From Polyangiales bacterium (GTDB taxonomy: Bacteria; Myxococcota_A; Polyangia; Polyangiales; Houyiibacteriaceae), in the NCBI GenBank assembly GCA_045106895.1, contig JBGCFM010000156.1, forward strand, positions 1 to 26,640: a stretch of 26,640 nucleotides of DNA, given 5' to 3'. The notes beneath the pieces are model-generated. The model worked only from the letters and a program-made list of their open reading frames with translations, was not told the DNA's origin and made no database searches. The position numbers and the translations under genes were made by a program. Positions 9,427 to 18,760 of this stretch are shown here, piece after piece. Numbering within the stretch: position 1 is the stretch's first letter; every line of letters starts with the position of its first letter.

Positions 9427-12400
9427 CGCTGCAGCACCGGAGGAAAACGACGCGCCAGAAGAAAACGACGCGCCGGAAGAAAACGACGCACCCGGAACGA
9501 GTGAAAACACCGGCGGGCTACTCAAACTCGCCATCGGTCGCCCCGTCAGCGTCGCCGTCGGCGTCATCCTCGTGGTGCTCTTTGGAGCGCGCGCCCTCGG
9601 GGAGCTTCCTATTCAGCTGACGCCGGACCTGAGCATTCCGCGTCTGACGGTTCGAACGTCATGGCCCGGCGCGTCGCCGGAGGACATCGAGCGCGAAATC
9701 TTGGTGCCCCAGGAGAACGCCCTCAAGCGTCTCACGGGGCTCGAAGAGATGAGCGCGAGCGCCAACGCGAACGCCGGAAGCCTCACGTTGGAGCTCGCCC
9801 TTGGCACCGACATCGACGAGGCCCTGGTGCGCGCGACGAACCGGCTCCAGGAAGTCGGAGACTACCCAGAAGGAGCGAACCAGCCTGTCGTCGAGACCGC
9901 CGACGACAGCGGGCCTCCATTGGCTGTCATCGCGATCCGGCGCGATGGTGGCGGAGCCGTCTCCGCGTATCGTACCTGGGTCGAAGACCGAATCCTGCCG
10001 GAGCTTCAGCGCATCGAAGGCGTTGGCGACATTCGGCTACTCGGCGGTCAGGACACCGTCATGCGCGTCGACTTTGACCCGACAGACCTCGCCGCCCGCG
10101 GCGTCTCCGTGCAGACTTTGGTGGCTCAGATTCGCAGCGAACTCAACGACGTCTCCGGCGGCGACGTCGAGATCGGTCGCCGCCGACTTTTGCTTCGAAC
10201 CATGGCGCTGGAGCCTGCGCCGGAAGCCCTGGCATCGATGGTCATCGGCGCCGCCGAAGACGGCACGCCGCTGCGCTTGTCCGATGTCGCCGAGGTGTCG
10301 CTGGGACTGCGCGAACAACAAGCCGTCGCTTTCAGCGATGACCGGCCATCGATGGTCATGCTTCTTTCCCGCGAGGCCGGCTCCAACGTTCTCGAAGTCA
10401 CCCAAGAGATTCGCAGCGTCGTCGAAGGGTTGGACGAGGAGCGCTTCGCCCGCGAGGGCCTGAGCATCGAGGTCATCTCCGACCAGATCGACTACATCGA
10501 AGGCGCCCTATCCCTCGTGCAGCAGAACCTCCTACTCGGCGGTATTCTCGCCGTACTGGTGCTGCTCCTCTTCCTTCGCAGCATCGGCGCGAGCGCCATC
10601 ATTGCCGTCGCGATTCCCGTGTGCGTCTTTGGCACAGGGCTCGGAATGACCTGGCTTGGCCGCAGCGTAAATGTCGTATCTCTCGCTGGCATCACCTTCG
10701 CTATCGGCATGGTCCTCGACAACTCCATCGTAGCGCTCGAGTCCATCGACACCTGGCGAAACAAGGCCGGCGATCCACGCAAGGCAGCGCTGCTCGGCAT
10801 CAAGGAAGTCGCCGGCGCCCTCGTCGCCTCGACGGCCACGACGGCGGCGGTGTTCATTCCCGTCATCGCGTGGCAAGACGAAGTGGGTCAGCTCCTCAAA
10901 GACGTCGCCGTCGCCATCACCTTCGCGGTCTCCGTGTCCCTCTTGGTTTCGGTGCTCGTGATTCCCGCCCTCGCCGCGAAGCTGCCGCAGAAAGCGCACA
11001 ACGGCGAAGAGCGCGAAACGAACAGCTGGCTCAACACGCTCAAAGAACGCACAGCGCGTCTTGTTCGATCCCTCGTCGACTCCCGCGTGCGTTCAGCGCT
11101 CATCGTCAGCGTCGCCGTGGGCGCGAGCGCCGTCTTCGCGTGGATGTTCTTGCCGCCCCTCGAATATTTGCCGAAGGGGAACCGAAACCTCGTGTTTGGC
11201 GTGCTCGTTCCACCGCCGGGAACAAGCGTCAGCGATCTGGAGAGCGTGGGACGAACGGTCCAAAGCCGCGTCCAGCGCGAGTCCGGTCAAGGAGATGCGC
11301 CAGTCGTCGCGCGGAGCTTCTTTGTGGGAGGCACCAGCCGGCTCTTCGCAGGCGCCGTCGCCGACGACCCCACGCAAGTGACGGCGATGCAGAACTGGCT
11401 GCGCGGTATCCAGAGCTCCATCCCCGGCTACTTCTCCTTCACGAGCCAGGCGTCGCTTTTTGGACGTGCAGGCGGCGGCCGAACCATCGACCTCCGTCTG
11501 ACAGGTGCAGACCTGGGCCGTCTCACCTCCGTCGGCGGGGCGCTCTTCGGTCGCATTCGCGAGGAGATGCCAGGCACCCAGGTGCGGCCTCGGCCAAGTC
11601 TTGACCCTGGGGCGCCGGAGCTTCGAGTACGCCTACGCCGGGACGAGGCGGCCTCTCAGTCGCTGACGACGGCGAGCCTCGGTTTGGTGGTGGACGCCCT
11701 CGTCGATGGCACCTTTGTCGGTGAGCTCGCGCCGCCGGGTCGCCCAACCATCGACGTCATCGTGAGCGGCATGCGCGATGGCGCGTCCATCGAAGGCAGC
11801 GACGCCATCCGCTCGTTGCCCGTGGTCACGCCCGCCGGCGACGTCGTGCCCTTGGTGAGCCTCGCACGCATCGGCGAAGAACTCGGGCCCACGGTGATTC
11901 AGCGCATCGAACGAAACCGCGCCATCACTTTGCAGATCGGACCGCCCGACGAGGTCCCCCTTGAGACGGCTCTTGCGGACATTGAAGCGCTCGTCACAGA
12001 GATGGGCGAGGCTGGAGCCCTGAGCGGCGTCGAGACGGACATCGCCGGCACCGCCGGTGACCTCGAGGTGGCCAAGGGCCGTTTCGCCAACGTGCTCTTG
12101 CTCGCGCTCCTCATCAGCTACCTCTTGCTCGCGGCGCTCTTCGAAGACTTCCTCGCGCCCTTTGTGATTCTCGTGACGCTTCCTCTCGCGGCGGCCGGCG
12201 GGGTCGGCGGCCTTCGACTCGTGGACGCGTTTCTTCAGCCGCAGCCCCTCGATCTCATGACGGCTCTTGGCTTTCTAATCTTGATCGGCGTCGTGGTTAA
12301 CAATGCAATTCTCGTTGTGGATGGCGCGCTGGCTGGCCTCCGTCGTAGTGAGGAACTCGAGGAGGCCATCGAAGGTGCCGTGCGCTCCCGCGTGCGACCG

Positions 12401-12622
12401 ATCTTGATGACCGCCATGACGAGCATCGCGGGCCTCGCGCCGATGGTGCTCCTGGGCGGCGCCGGCTCGGAGATCTACCGCGGCGTCGGCGCCATCGTCC
12501 TCGGGGGTTTGGCGTTTGGCACGCTGCTCACGGTCTTGGTCGTCCCCTGCCTCTTCGCCCTCGTCTGGCGCCTGCGCCTGGGACTCGGCGGAAAGAAGAC
12601 GCTTCCAGAACGCGAGGCGTAG
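9419..12622 (+). CDS. RND efflux permease (AcrB/AcrD/AcrF family)
   Basis: 1067 aa; WPGASPEDIE, NVVSLAGITFAIGMVLDNSIV, IGVVVNNAILVVD, RVRPILMT; overlaps the MFP stop. Confidence 0.96.
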   Translation: MADAAAPEENDAPEENDAPEENDAPGTSENTGGLLKLAIGRPVSVAVGVILVVLFGARALGELPIQLTPDLSIPRLTVRTSWPGASPEDIEREILVPQENALKRLTGLEEMSASANANAGSLTLELALGTDIDEALVRATNRLQEVGDYPEGANQPVVETADDSGPPLAVIAIRRDGGGAVSAYRTWVEDRILPELQRIEGVGDIRLLGGQDTVMRVDFDPTDLAARGVSVQTLVAQIRSELNDVSGGDVEIGRRRLLLRTMALEPAPEALASMVIGAAEDGTPLRLSDVAEVSLGLREQQAVAFSDDRPSMVMLLSREAGSNVLEVTQEIRSVVEGLDEERFAREGLSIEVISDQIDYIEGALSLVQQNLLLGGILAVLVLLLFLRSIGASAIIAVAIPVCVFGTGLGMTWLGRSVNVVSLAGITFAIGMVLDNSIVALESIDTWRNKAGDPRKAALLGIKEVAGALVASTATTAAVFIPVIAWQDEVGQLLKDVAVAITFAVSVSLLVSVLVIPALAAKLPQKAHNGEERETNSWLNTLKERTARLVRSLVDSRVRSALIVSVAVGASAVFAWMFLPPLEYLPKGNRNLVFGVLVPPPGTSVSDLESVGRTVQSRVQRESGQGDAPVVARSFFVGGTSRLFAGAVADDPTQVTAMQNWLRGIQSSIPGYFSFTSQASLFGRAGGGRTIDLRLTGADLGRLTSVGGALFGRIREEMPGTQVRPRPSLDPGAPELRVRLRRDEAASQSLTTASLGLVVDALVDGTFVGELAPPGRPTIDVIVSGMRDGASIEGSDAIRSLPVVTPAGDVVPLVSLARIGEELGPTVIQRIERNRAITLQIGPPDEVPLETALADIEALVTEMGEAGALSGVETDIAGTAGDLEVAKGRFANVLLLALLISYLLLAALFEDFLAPFVILVTLPLAAAGGVGGLRLVDAFLQPQPLDLMTALGFLILIGVVVNNAILVVDGALAGLRRSEELEEAIEGAVRSRVRPILMTAMTSIAGLAPMVLLGGAGSEIYRGVGAIVLGGLAFGTLLTVLVVPCLFALVWRLRLGLGGKKTLPEREA
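9434..9493 (+). repeat. 18-bp coding tandem repeat, 3 copies plus a partial one (APEEND)
   Basis: gcaccggaggaaaacgac / gcgccagaagaaaacgac / gcgccggaagaaaacgac / gcaccc. Confidence 0.9.
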
Positions 12623-12628
12623 TCGCGT

Positions 12629-14233
12629 TCAGTACGGGAGCCGATGCAGAGTCACGCAGAGAAGCGCCGAGACCCACGCCGCGGCGGCGAAAACGAGGAC
12701 GATGAGCGCGGGACGCAAGGAACGGCGAACCAGACTGAGGCCCACTTCGTCTTTGTCGCCGGCGAGGAGCAGTGCGTCTTCGGGCCACTCCGCGGACGCT
12801 TCACGCAGCCGCCCCTGGAGCTTGGAGAAGACGCCGGTAAGCGTCACGGGCTGGCCATCCGCGGGCGTGCCGATGCCGCTCGTGCCGGACTCTGGAATCC
12901 GAAAACGAAGAAGGCTGCCGCCGAGGTGAGCGCGCACCTCTCCTTCGCCTTTGACCTGAATGATCTTTCGCCCTTCAAAACCGCTGACGTTGTATGCCTT
13001 GCCGTGAAAAGTACCCTCGATGGCGCCGGTGCACTGAGGCGTGTCGAGCTCTTCGACGGAGCGAATGGCGATGAGGCGGCGGCGCACCCGCGTCGCGGAC
13101 GCGATGAGCCAAACGCAGAGCGCGATGAGCAAGAGACCCCCGGCGAAGAAGAGAAGCGCGTTGCTCCCAAGACCGTGACGGAGCCGCCGAGCGAGGCCGT
13201 CGTCCGTGCGCACGCCGGTTGCGTCGATGGTGAAGTAACGCCACTCGGACCCCTCTTGGTAGACCTCGAATCCTTCGGAAGTTACGGCAACCCAAGTATC
13301 GCTGGTGACGGTCTCGGGCTGGTCTTCGTAGGGCGAGAGAAACTCGGCGGGCCCGGCGCCGCCACCGTCGGCGGTCTCGACGCTCACGCCACCGGGGAAA
13401 GGACGAAGACGAATGTCCGTCCCCGGGAGAAGCGCGTCTTCGGTCAGCGGACGGGCGTTCGCGTGAAGAACGGGATCGAAAGGAACCACGAGTGTAGGAA
13501 GCCCGACGTCCATAGGTCCCTCGTAGGCCGCCATCGGCGCGGGCTCCGTCGCCGCAGCGAGACCGTATGCGAGGAAGACAGCGCCGAGGAGCGTGCACGC
13601 GAGGGCAGGCAGCGTGAGGTAGCGCGCGCTCGCCACGGGGACCTCGTCGGCTTTCCAGGTCAGCACGTGCGCCGACGCGGCGGCTTCCGCGTAGGCAAAC
13701 GTGCCAAGCCCATACACGTAGGACGCCAGCAGGAACGAGACTCGCCAGGAGAGCCACTCTCGGAAGACAAAGAAGAGCGCGACGCTCGCGACGACGGGGA
13801 CGACACGAAGCGCCAGGAGGCCGAAGCGATGCTTCCAAGAGAGCCGGTCCCACTGCGCGAGGGCGCGGTCCAGGTTAGGCATGGCGTAGATCGTGATGAC
13901 GCCGCGATCCGGTGGCGGCACCGTGAGGTGAGCCGGCACAAAGAGCGCATAGGGCGCAAAGATCGCTGCATGAACGACAGACGCGGCGGCGGCGGCGGCG
14001 ATGTAGCCCATGGTGTCGTGGGGCAAACCGGCGGAGGCGGCGGCGAAGAGCGGAAGCCACACGAAGTGGCTCAACGCGGACAAGAGCACGCCGCGGCTAT
14101 GAAAGCGCGCATTGAGTCCGCGCGCGCGCAGGGCGTAGACGATGAGCGCGACGTGCTGAATCCCCGGCATGAAGCCGAAGCACAGAGACCCCGCCGTGAA
14201 GATGGGGGTGAGCGCGATGAGGAAGAGCCGCAA
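12629..14233 (-). CDS. Hypothetical multi-pass membrane protein
   Basis: 534-aa ORF with several N-terminal hydrophobic helices, two soluble beta-rich domains separated by a TM segment, and a final TM helix; convergent with the RND gene (6-nt gap). Confidence 0.75.
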   Translation of the reverse strand: MRLFLIALTPIFTAGSLCFGFMPGIQHVALIVYALRARGLNARFHSRGVLLSALSHFVWLPLFAAASAGLPHDTMGYIAAAAAASVVHAAIFAPYALFVPAHLTVPPPDRGVITIYAMPNLDRALAQWDRLSWKHRFGLLALRVVPVVASVALFFVFREWLSWRVSFLLASYVYGLGTFAYAEAAASAHVLTWKADEVPVASARYLTLPALACTLLGAVFLAYGLAAATEPAPMAAYEGPMDVGLPTLVVPFDPVLHANARPLTEDALLPGTDIRLRPFPGGVSVETADGGGAGPAEFLSPYEDQPETVTSDTWVAVTSEGFEVYQEGSEWRYFTIDATGVRTDDGLARRLRHGLGSNALLFFAGGLLLIALCVWLIASATRVRRRLIAIRSVEELDTPQCTGAIEGTFHGKAYNVSGFEGRKIIQVKGEGEVRAHLGGSLLRFRIPESGTSGIGTPADGQPVTLTGVFSKLQGRLREASAEWPEDALLLAGDKDEVGLSLVRRSLRPALIVLVFAAAAWVSALLCVTLHRLPY

Positions 14234-14272
14234 GGCCGAGCTATAGCACGAGAGGGGTCGAAGAGACCGGGC

Positions 14273-14830
14273 TCACGTCGCGGCGAAGGCCCCGAGGATC
14301 TCGTGAAGACATGGCGCCGCGAAGCCGCGTGTTTTGGTGGGGGCGAAGGCACCGAAGACGAGGGCGCCGACGATGAAAGCCATGACGCCGCTGGATTGCT
14401 GTGCACTCAGCGTCCCTCCGCTGCGCTCCTGAATAAGGCTCACTTCGGCGTCGAGGACGCGGCGGACCTTGCGGAAGAGCGCCGGGTCCCGGACAGCTTC
14501 GGCGAAGAGACCCACCCAGCACCGGGCGCCGGCGACGCCTGAGGCGCCCCGCAGGCGGAGAGCCGCGTTGGCGTAGGCATGGAGCGCTTCGCCGTCCTCG
14601 GCATCTTCCGCCCTCGTGCGGGCACGAAAGTCCGCCACGAGCTGATCCAAGAGGCAAGTCAGCAGCTCGTCTTTGCCCTTGAAGTGATGGTGAATAAGCC
14701 CAGGGGCAACGCTGGCCTCTTCGGCGATGGCGGCGATGGTCGCGCCGGCGTATCCGTGGTTTGCTAAGACTCGCGCGAAAGCCTCGAGTATCTCTTTTCG
14801 TCGCTCTGCACGTTTGCTGGGACGTCCCAT
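14273..14830 (-). CDS. TetR/AcrR family regulator (BetI-like)
   Basis: MGRPSKRAERRKEIL...GYAGATIAAIAEEASVAPGLIHHHFKGKDELL; SD AAGGAG upstream of ATG 14830. Confidence 0.93.
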   Translation of the reverse strand: MGRPSKRAERRKEILEAFARVLANHGYAGATIAAIAEEASVAPGLIHHHFKGKDELLTCLLDQLVADFRARTRAEDAEDGEALHAYANAALRLRGASGVAGARCWVGLFAEAVRDPALFRKVRRVLDAEVSLIQERSGGTLSAQQSSGVMAFIVGALVFGAFAPTKTRGFAAPCLHEILGAFAAT

Positions 14831-14879
14831 CACTTCTCCTTGATGTTGCTGGCACCTGGCGGCGGCACCGATTGTCTGG

Positions 14880-14891
14880 TTGGATAACCAA
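14880..14891. promoter_or_regulatory. Candidate TetR operator between divergent tetR and MFS genes
   Basis: Dyad TTGG-ATAA-CCAA in an AT-rich patch of the 84-nt divergent intergenic region. Confidence 0.55.
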
Positions 14892-14914
14892 TTTACTAAC
14901 CCCACGCTAACGGT

Positions 14915-16174
14915 ATGGACTCTTCAACAGGCCAGCAGCTTCCGGCGTTTCAAAAGTGGACGCTCCTCGGCGCCCTCTACTTTTCTCAAGGCCTGCCCTT
15001 TGGCTTCTTTACGCAGTCCTTGCCTGTGGTCCTTCGCAAGGAAGGCCACTCGCTCATCGCCATCGGGCTCGTTTCGCTCTTGGCGCTGCCCTGGGCGCTC
15101 AAGTTCCTCTGGGCGCCGCTCGTAGACCGTCACTACTCGAAGCGCGTCGGCAAGCGCCGTTCGTGGATTCTCCCGCTCCAGGCTGCGTCCGTCGCGGCGC
15201 TTTTGCTTCTTGCCCTCGCGCCGGACGCCATCGTCTTGGTGCTCTGCATTGTCTTTGTGGTGAACCTGCTCAGCGCCACGCAAGACATCGCCACCGACGG
15301 ACTCGCCGTCGACCTGCTCTCCTACCGCGAGCGAGGCATCGGGAACGGGCTTCAGGTTGCTGGCTATCGCATCGGCATGGTCACCGGTGGCGGCGCGCTT
15401 CTGATTTTTTACGGCGAGCTTGGCTCCCGCGCGACGTTCTGCGTGATGGCCGTGTGCATCGCCATCGCGAGCATCCCTGCTCTTCTCTTTCGTGAGCACA
15501 CGCCGCCCCAGTCTGACGTCGAAGAGCCCGAAGCGGCCGCCGAGCAAGCGCCGGCGAGACCATCCATTCCGCATTTTCTTAAGCGGCCCGAAGCGATGTC
15601 ACTGCTCTGCCTTATCGCGCTCTACAAGTTCGGTGATGCCCTCGCGACCGGGATGCTGCGGCCTTTCCTCGCCGACCTCGGCCTCAGGATGGCGGACCTT
15701 GGCTGGCTCCTCGGCACCGTCGGTTTCGCCGCGGGGCTGGTCGGCGCCCTCGCCGGAGGCGCCCTCGTCGGGGTGCTGGGGCGAAAGCGTTCGCTCCTCG
15801 TCTTTGGCGTGCTCCAAGCGCTGAGCATCGCCGGCTACGCTCTTGTCGCCGCTACTTCGCCCACCTTGGTTCAGCTCTATGTGGCCTGCTCCATCGAGCA
15901 CTTCGCAGGCGGCATGGCGACGGCGGCGCTCTTCACCTGCATGATGGACTGGTCACGCCCTGACGCGGCGGCAGCGGACTACACGGTGCAGGCTAGCGCC
16001 GTGGTCATCGCCACGGGCAGCGCGGCGGCGCTCGCCGGTTTCAGCGCCCAGTGGCTCGGCTACACTGTTCACTTCGCCATCTCCGCGGCGCTGAGCCTCC
16101 TCGCCGTCATCTCCGTGGCGGTGCTCTTCCCGAAGACAAGCCCTGTTGCCGGCACACAAGAGGAACAACGATGA
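14915..16174 (+). CDS. MFS transporter, AmpG/RhtX/FptX family
   Basis: LYFSQGLPFGF, LPWALKFLWAPLVD, RRSWI, SATQDIATDGLAV, ERGIGNG, LYKFGD; about 12 hydrophobic segments. Confidence 0.92.
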   Translation: MDSSTGQQLPAFQKWTLLGALYFSQGLPFGFFTQSLPVVLRKEGHSLIAIGLVSLLALPWALKFLWAPLVDRHYSKRVGKRRSWILPLQAASVAALLLLALAPDAIVLVLCIVFVVNLLSATQDIATDGLAVDLLSYRERGIGNGLQVAGYRIGMVTGGGALLIFYGELGSRATFCVMAVCIAIASIPALLFREHTPPQSDVEEPEAAAEQAPARPSIPHFLKRPEAMSLLCLIALYKFGDALATGMLRPFLADLGLRMADLGWLLGTVGFAAGLVGALAGGALVGVLGRKRSLLVFGVLQALSIAGYALVAATSPTLVQLYVACSIEHFAGGMATAALFTCMMDWSRPDAAAADYTVQASAVVIATGSAAALAGFSAQWLGYTVHFAISAALSLLAVISVAVLFPKTSPVAGTQEEQR

Positions 16175-16926
16175 GCTTTGACGTACACATCCTAGGAGTC
16201 GGCGACACCTTCTCCGAGTTTCACCACCCGACCTCCTTGCTCCTTGAGCGCGACGGCTTCTTCTTGGCCATCGATTGCCCGGATATGTACCGGCGTGTGC
16301 TTCGCGACGCGCGGGAGGTCAGCGGGCGTCCACTAGACCTGCGTCACATCGACCACATGCTCATCACGCACGTACATGGGGATCACATGAACGGCCTCGA
16401 AGGCGTCGGCTTCTTCAAGCACTTCGCCCAGAACAAGGCTCTCTCGCTCGTCGCTAGCGCCGAGGTACGCGAAGACCTGTGGGAGCGACGTCTTGCAGCG
16501 AGCATGGGGCAGCTATGGACCGGCGAAGCCATGAAGCCCATGCACTTCGAAGACTACTTCGACTTCACTTCTTTGCCGTGGGATGCGCCACTGAAGGTGG
16601 GACCTTTCTCCATCACAAGCCGACGTACAAAACACCACGTCACCACCAGCGCGCTGCGCATCGAAGCCGGCGGCGTCACCCTCGGCTACTCCGCGGACAC
16701 GGCATTTGACCCGGAGCTTATCGCGTGGCTCTCGGATGCCGATCTCATCATCCATGAGACCAACCTCGGCCCTTCTCATACGCTCTATCGGCAGCTCGCG
16801 GACCTACCCGCGGAGCTGCGGTCGAAGATGCGCTTGGTTCATTACCCGGATGGTTTCGAGAAGATCGACTCGAAGGTGGAGCTAGCGCGCCAGGGAGATG
16901 TACTTTCTGTGGGTGCAACTTTGTGA
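16171..16926 (+). CDS. Metallo-beta-lactamase-fold hydrolase (RNase Z-like phosphodiesterase)
   Basis: ILGVGDTFS, IDC, THVHGDH (HxHxDH), YSADT, IIHE, SHT, LVHY; ATGA overlap with the MFS stop, AGGA upstream. Confidence 0.92.
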   Translation: MSFDVHILGVGDTFSEFHHPTSLLLERDGFFLAIDCPDMYRRVLRDAREVSGRPLDLRHIDHMLITHVHGDHMNGLEGVGFFKHFAQNKALSLVASAEVREDLWERRLAASMGQLWTGEAMKPMHFEDYFDFTSLPWDAPLKVGPFSITSRRTKHHVTTSALRIEAGGVTLGYSADTAFDPELIAWLSDADLIIHETNLGPSHTLYRQLADLPAELRSKMRLVHYPDGFEKIDSKVELARQGDVLSVGATL

Positions 16927-16936
16927 GTCCCCCGGA

Positions 16937-18097
16937 GTGAGGCTGTCCTTGGCCGCCTGCGCGTGGCTCTTCGCCGCCTGCGAAGGCGCGCCACTGGAGC
17001 CCTTCGATGAGAGCGCGCAGGAGTCGCCACTCGTCGCTGCGCCCGTCGACTCCGACTGTCCGCAGTTTCGCGCGCTAACCTTCAACGCGTTTTCCATTCT
17101 CTTTCATGAGAACCACGAGGAGCTCACGCGGCTTGGAGCGGAGGCTGTCGTCGCCGAGGATGCGGACCTTGTCGCGATCCAGGAGGTCTGGTTGGCCCGC
17201 GACGCCGCCGTATACGCCGATGCGCTGCGCGGAGCGGGGCTCGTTCACCAGATTCAACACACCACCGACGCGGTCCTCGCGCGGGGCAGCTCCGGACTTC
17301 TTCTCGCCAGTCGTTTCCCGATTGTGGCCAAACGCTTCATCCCCTTTCGAAGCGCCGCTGCTCCGTACTGGATGTGGCCTCCGGACTGGTACGCCAACAA
17401 AGGCGTGCTGGAAGTGGTCGTCGAGACCGGGGCGGGTTTGCTACGCGTGCTCAACGTCCATGTGCACGCGGACTACGAGCCCGGCGGCTACCTGGAGGAG
17501 CGACTGGGCCAGAGCATGGAGCTGGCGAACCTGATGCGCGAGCGACCGGAACTTCCACTCGTCGTTCTTGGCGACATGAACTCCCAGCCGCACGAGGTGT
17601 CCCACGCTGTGCTCACGGAGAGCACCGGGGCCGAGGTCGTCGCGCGCTCAGACGTCGACCTCATTCTCACGCGGCACGGACGGGGCGGAGCACTTCACGT
17701 CGACTCCGCACGCTATGCGCTCGTTCAGCGTGTGCGCCTTCAGAGCGGCGTTTGGTCGCGCCTCTCGGACCACGCGGGCGTGCTCGCGTCTCTCAAGCAG
17801 TGTCCAGCACGCAGCCCCCGGCCTGTGCTCGAGGACGTCGACGCAGCCTCACGCGTCATCCAGGAAGCCGCGAACAACGCACGGGTTCAAGGTTTGGTGG
17901 CGCGAGGTGGATGTGCCGCGCTTGCTGTCGTTTTGCTGTTCTGGGGCGGGCTTATGGTTCGCCGACGTCGATGGCCGAGCCGCTACCAGGTGACCCTGCC
18001 GCTCTTGCTGGTCTGGGTCATCGCCTGGAGCGTCTACCAAGGGTGGCTGGCGGCGCCGGCGCAACTCGCTGCGTATGAGGCCCTCGTTTCCATGTAA
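16937..18097 (+). CDS. Endonuclease/exonuclease/phosphatase (EEP) family, neutral sphingomyelinase-like, with two C-terminal TM helices
   Basis: LTFN, IQEVW, SGLLLASRFPI, DWYANKG, VHVHADY, LGDMN, LSDHAGV; possible lipobox FAAC. Start uncertain (GTG 16937 or ATG 16898). Confidence 0.85.
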   Translation: MRLSLAACAWLFAACEGAPLEPFDESAQESPLVAAPVDSDCPQFRALTFNAFSILFHENHEELTRLGAEAVVAEDADLVAIQEVWLARDAAVYADALRGAGLVHQIQHTTDAVLARGSSGLLLASRFPIVAKRFIPFRSAAAPYWMWPPDWYANKGVLEVVVETGAGLLRVLNVHVHADYEPGGYLEERLGQSMELANLMRERPELPLVVLGDMNSQPHEVSHAVLTESTGAEVVARSDVDLILTRHGRGGALHVDSARYALVQRVRLQSGVWSRLSDHAGVLASLKQCPARSPRPVLEDVDAASRVIQEAANNARVQGLVARGGCAALAVVLLFWGGLMVRRRRWPSRYQVTLPLLLVWVIAWSVYQGWLAAPAQLAAYEALVSM

Positions 18098-18154
18098 AGC
18101 GGCGGCAAGCGCCTGGGCCCGGGGCTGTCTCATCGATGATCCATGGCTTTTCCC

Positions 18155-18181
18155 TAAAGCAAGACGGCGGACGTCCGATGA
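18155..18181 (+). promoter_or_regulatory. sigma28 (FliA) promoter upstream of flgM
   Basis: TAAA-N15-TCCGATGA versus consensus TAAA-N15-GCCGATAA, followed by SD GGAGG and ATG 18204. Confidence 0.75.
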
Positions 18182-18203
18182 GATCCTTGGAGGCTCACAC
18201 CCC

Positions 18204-18455
18204 ATGCGAGTTCAAGGATCGTCCCCCATCAACCCCCTACGCACATCTTCCACGCAGAATGCCGCCCCGCCGCGCAGCGAGCGTCCCAAAGACGCCGCCC
18301 AGGTCTCAGCGGTCGCGACTCAGCTCGCGGATGCGAAGGGCCCGGAGGTCATCGACCTCGAACGCGTCGAACGCTTGAAAGCGGCCATCGCGAAGGGGGC
18401 CTTCAATATCGACGCCGACGTCATCGCAGAGCGCATGCTCGCGGAAGAGTCATGA
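18204..18455 (+). CDS. flgM: Anti-sigma28 factor FlgM
   Basis: 83 aa; D..QVS and IDLERVERLKAAIAKGAFNIDADVIAERML, the FlgM C-terminal signature; position upstream of flgK. Confidence 0.92.
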   Translation: MRVQGSSPINPLRTSSTQNAAPPRSERPKDAAQVSAVATQLADAKGPEVIDLERVERLKAAIAKGAFNIDADVIAERMLAEES

Positions 18456-18760
18456 GAGGCGCCGCGAGCGAAGAAGCGAAGGTCCTCTGGGAGCTGCTCG
18501 AGACGGAGCGCGAAGCCGCTCGCCGCGCAGACGCCATGGGGCTCTTGACCATTCAGTCGTTGAAACGTGACGCGCTGGCGGACTTGGTAAATGTACCGGA
18601 CCACGAGCGGATGGAGCTCGTTCGCTACGCCCGTGAAAACCTGCGCCGAATCCGCACGCTTCTGAACTGCTACGAGGGAAGCCTCGGCATCGAGAAGGCG
18701 CCGCAGACCTACGGGAACTCCGGGCGACTTCGCATCCTCGGGGGGAACGGAAACCCATGA
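18452..18760 (+). CDS. flgN: FlgN-like flagellar export chaperone
   Basis: Between flgM and flgK with ATGA overlaps at both ends; helical, LLETEREA...K...N...TYGNSG pattern typical of FlgN; short (102 aa). Confidence 0.7.
   Translation: MRGAASEEAKVLWELLETEREAARRADAMGLLTIQSLKRDALADLVNVPDHERMELVRYARENLRRIRTLLNCYEGSLGIEKAPQTYGNSGRLRILGGNGNP

Noticed and set aside
12644..14542. 632-aa plus-strand ORF
   Set aside because: R/G/E-rich antisense shadow of the membrane protein and tetR, common in high-GC DNA; no recognisable motifs.
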